From Octopus bimaculoides (lineage: Eukaryota): 53,339 bases of DNA. Shown here piece after piece: positions 50,062-53,339 of this stretch (within the stretch, counting starts at the first letter, position 1; each line of letters opens with the position of its first letter). Made by a program: the position numbers and the translations under genes. The notes beneath the pieces were generated by a model. That model did not search any database and was not told the DNA's origin. It saw only the letters and a program-made list of their open reading frames with translations. The stretch is from NCBI RefSeq assembly GCF_001194135.2, contig NC_068994.1:52973195-53026533 (forward strand), given 5' to 3'.

Positions 50062-50969
50062 AACTACTGGAGAAAACAAAATATCATACGTGGTGCTGTT
50101 GGTAATGTCATGATTCGATGAAACCGGCAAACATTTTAATATTTGCATAGCTCATTTAATACATTAATCAAACCTAGTTTATCTTTATAAATATCACTTG
50201 CGTGGAATGATACTCATCAAGGAAAAAAAATAAAACATCATCAAGCATGGAGTTGGTTCTTTGCATACCTTGTTAGTATACGTGAAAGGTTACTACATCT
50301 GCTACTTTCAACATTCCTGGTAACCGGACATTTGTGGATTATTTATGTGCATGCGATATAGGTTCGAAAGTGAAGGCTGTTTTTGTGTAACGCGACTGGC
50401 AAGAGAGCTCAATAGAATCAGATTTTTAGTGATAATGTACATTAATATGTTAGAAAATGTAATAGATAAAGAGTATTTGGTGTGAGTTTAAAAAGTGTGA
50501 AAACAGTCAGATATAACGGAGTTTTATTTCCACTACACACCTGATGAAATGCATCTAACGGTATTGCTGAAGAGTAGTAACTAATGCGATGAGTTGTTTA
50601 TAATATATTTAATATTCAGCAATGAACAACTAGTTGATGATGCGTAGAAACTGTTGTTGTGGTACGCACAAATCATCATTTCTTGTTAATATTTTATATA
50701 TAAATATGTGCATGCGTGGGTATGGATTTTTTTTTTTAATTCGTTCGATCATTTGAAGTGTTTCAAAATTGTACTAGGCTATTTTCACATTTTCTGCATT
50801 AATGTTGCTTAGCATGCTGATGACGATAATTTGGTCTTAACGTTCTGCCAAATTATGCATTGAATGAAGATTGTTACCTACTATAGTGACGGAGCGACTA
50901 TTCCTACGGTAATTATGCTGGAGTCGTATCACGTGTGTGCATATNNNNNNNNNNNNNNNNNNNNNNNNN

Positions 50970-51008
<39 letters not shown>

Positions 51009-51011
51009 GTG

Positions 51012-51043
<32 letters not shown>

Positions 51044-51105
51044 TGCATGAGTGTATGTATATATATATGTATGTATATATGTGTGTTGGTATAAAGTAGG
51101 TTGAT

Positions 51106-51182
<77 letters not shown>
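50970..51182. repeat. (TA)n, (TATG)n and (GATA)n microsatellites
   Basis: Directly visible. Confidence 0.95.
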
Positions 51183-51183
<1 letters not shown>

Positions 51184-53237
51184 GGACAGATAGGTAATGT
51201 GTGTGTCTGTGTATTTGCAACTTGATTTGTTACTCAACGCTAGAAAAAACTGATTAATTTGCACGGCCAAAAAGGGAGAAATAGATCATTTGCCAAACTA
51301 AAAAGAAGTCATGGATAAAATCGAAGGATTGCAAACTTCAAGGAGATAATTCAGGATGGCCGCAGTCAGCGACTGCAAAAAACAATACAGCTCATTCTAT
51401 TTATCTCTACCTGTATTCATTTCTCTGTCTCTCCTTCTGTCTCTCTCTCTCTCTCTTTCTCACTTTACATTCATATATATATATACATTTATATATATAT
51501 ATATATATATNNNNNNNNNNNNNNNNNNNNNNNNNNNNNNNNNNNNNNNNNNNNNNNNNNNNNNNNNNNNNNNNNNNNNNNNNNNNNNNNNNNNNNNNNN
51601 NNNNNNNNNNNNNNNNNNNNNNNNNNNNNNNNNNNNNNNNNNNNNNNNNNNNNNNNNNNNNNNNNNNNNNNNNNNNNNNNNNNNNNNNNNNNNNNNNNNN
51701 NNNNNNNNNNNNNNNNNNNNNNNNNNNNNNNNNNNNNNNNNNNNNNNNNNNNNNNNNNNNNNNNNNNNNNNNNNNNNNNNNNNNNNNNNNNNNNNNNNNN
51801 NNNNNNNNNNNNNNNNNNNNNNNNNNNNNNNNNNNNNNNNNNNNNNNNNNNNNNNNNNNNNNNNNNNNNNNNNNNNNNNNNNNNNNNNNNNNNNNNNNNN
51901 NNNNNNNNNNNNNNNNNNNNNNNNNNNNNNNNNNNNNNNNNNNNNNNNNNNNNNNNNNNNNNNNNNNNNNNNNNNNNNNNNNNNNNNNNNNNNNNNNNNN
52001 NNNNNNNNNNNNNNNNNNNNNNNNNNNNNNNNNNNNNNNNNNNNNNNNNNNNNNNNNNNNNNNNNNNNNNNNNNNNNNNNNNNNNNNNNNNNNNNNNNNN
52101 NNNNNNNNNNNNNNNNNNNNNNNNNNNNNNNNNNNNNNNNNNNNNNNNNNNNNNNNNNNNNNNNNNNNNNNNNNNNNNNNNNNNNNNNNNNNNNNNNNNN
52201 NNNNNNNNNNNNNNNNNNNNNNNNNNNNNNNNNNNNNNNNNNNNNNNNNNNNNNNNNNNNNNNNNNNNNNNNNNNNNNNNNNNNNNNNNNNNNNNNNNNN
52301 NNNNNNNNNNNNNNNNNNNNNNNNNNNNNNNNNNNNNNNNNNNNNNNNNNNNNATATATATATATATATATATATATATACATGCATACATATATACATA
52401 CCATTCCAAAAGTGATGCTTTATTGAAATATACATTTTACCACTGTCTTCCTGCCGCTATCTCTCTCCCTCTCTTTCGCGTACACAGACACAAACACACA
52501 CACACACACACTCAAGAACGCACGCACTCACACTCACAAACTTACACATACCTTGTATTTATTAGGGATTACTTTCAAAGAAACTTTTTTTGTTCGCCAC
52601 ACACAGTGTTAACGTTACCAACATATGCTACTTTTACTTCAATAACGATAAAACATGGCACATCTATTCACAAGGAGGACACATTAAGTAAAGCAATGAA
52701 CTTTCGTCACTTTTATTCCTAATTTTCCTACAGGCATTAAACGACGTATGCTAAAGTGTTACAAGCTTCACCCCAAATCTGAAACCGGGTCGCTAACAGA
52801 AGTAATTAGACGCGTTTCATCTGTTCTTGTGTTCTGTGGTCGCAACAGTTTTATCTCATTACAATTGTCTCTTTTCACTCTCATAACTATCTTTTCACCA
52901 ACGAAATATATGCCTAATTTGACCTATGCTTGATATGCATTCATTCGCTTCTATGAAACGAATATAGCCGCGAATAACTAATTACTCTACCGCCTTCGGC
53001 GCTTTTCTATTTCATAACTATCTTTTGCTAATTATTATTCGGTATTATTATCAATACCGTTGGATGTACAATGTCGATAATTGTAAGAGAAACTTTATAG
53101 TTGTAGACTTTTCAACAATCTCGATATTTTATTATTCTATAGATGTGAAGCGGTGAGAGGTAGCCAGACACAAAATAATGCTTCGAACGGTCTCTGGAGA
53201 ATTTTTCTGATTAAATTGCCCATACGTTCAAAGAGTC

Positions 53238-53255
53238 ATATATATATATATATAT

Positions 53256-53337
<82 letters not shown>
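53238..53337. repeat. (TA)n then (GATA)n microsatellite
   Basis: Directly visible at the window end. Confidence 0.96.
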
Positions 53338-53339
53338 GG

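Overview
AT-rich, microsatellite-saturated, non-coding eukaryotic DNA from a draft assembly. Large N gaps lie at about 9770-10527, 13820-14285, 15295-15990, 17476-18270, 20279-20810, 32125-32550, 48701-49395 and 51511-52353, nearly all starting or ending in simple repeats. The SINE families and repeat landscape look like an Octopus (coleoid cephalopod) genome; this is inference from remembered repeat consensus sequences, not a database search. I found no intact host protein-coding gene, tRNA/rRNA gene or CRISPR array, and almost all long ORFs in the track are microsatellite or N-gap artefacts. What the sequence supports is a layered transposon graveyard: (1) a near full-length but broken hAT-superfamily transposase (45.5-47.1 kb); (2) the 5' half of a Tc1/mariner element joined to a duplicate of its own upstream flank; (3) two mariner deletion derivatives and a TTAA-flanked piggyBac-type MITE; (4) an old RTE-like LINE remnant; (5) the restriction-like-endonuclease 3' end of an R4/Dong-like LINE sitting inside a (CATA)n array; (6) at least three SINE families, including a seven-copy mixed-orientation cluster at 6.8-8.6 kb. 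The most interesting signals are two minus-strand minimal hammerhead-ribozyme motifs of the dimer-forming, Penelope-associated type (45030-45075 and 40075-40110), the microsatellite-embedded RLE retroelement, and a 25-bp hairpin at 41959-42009.
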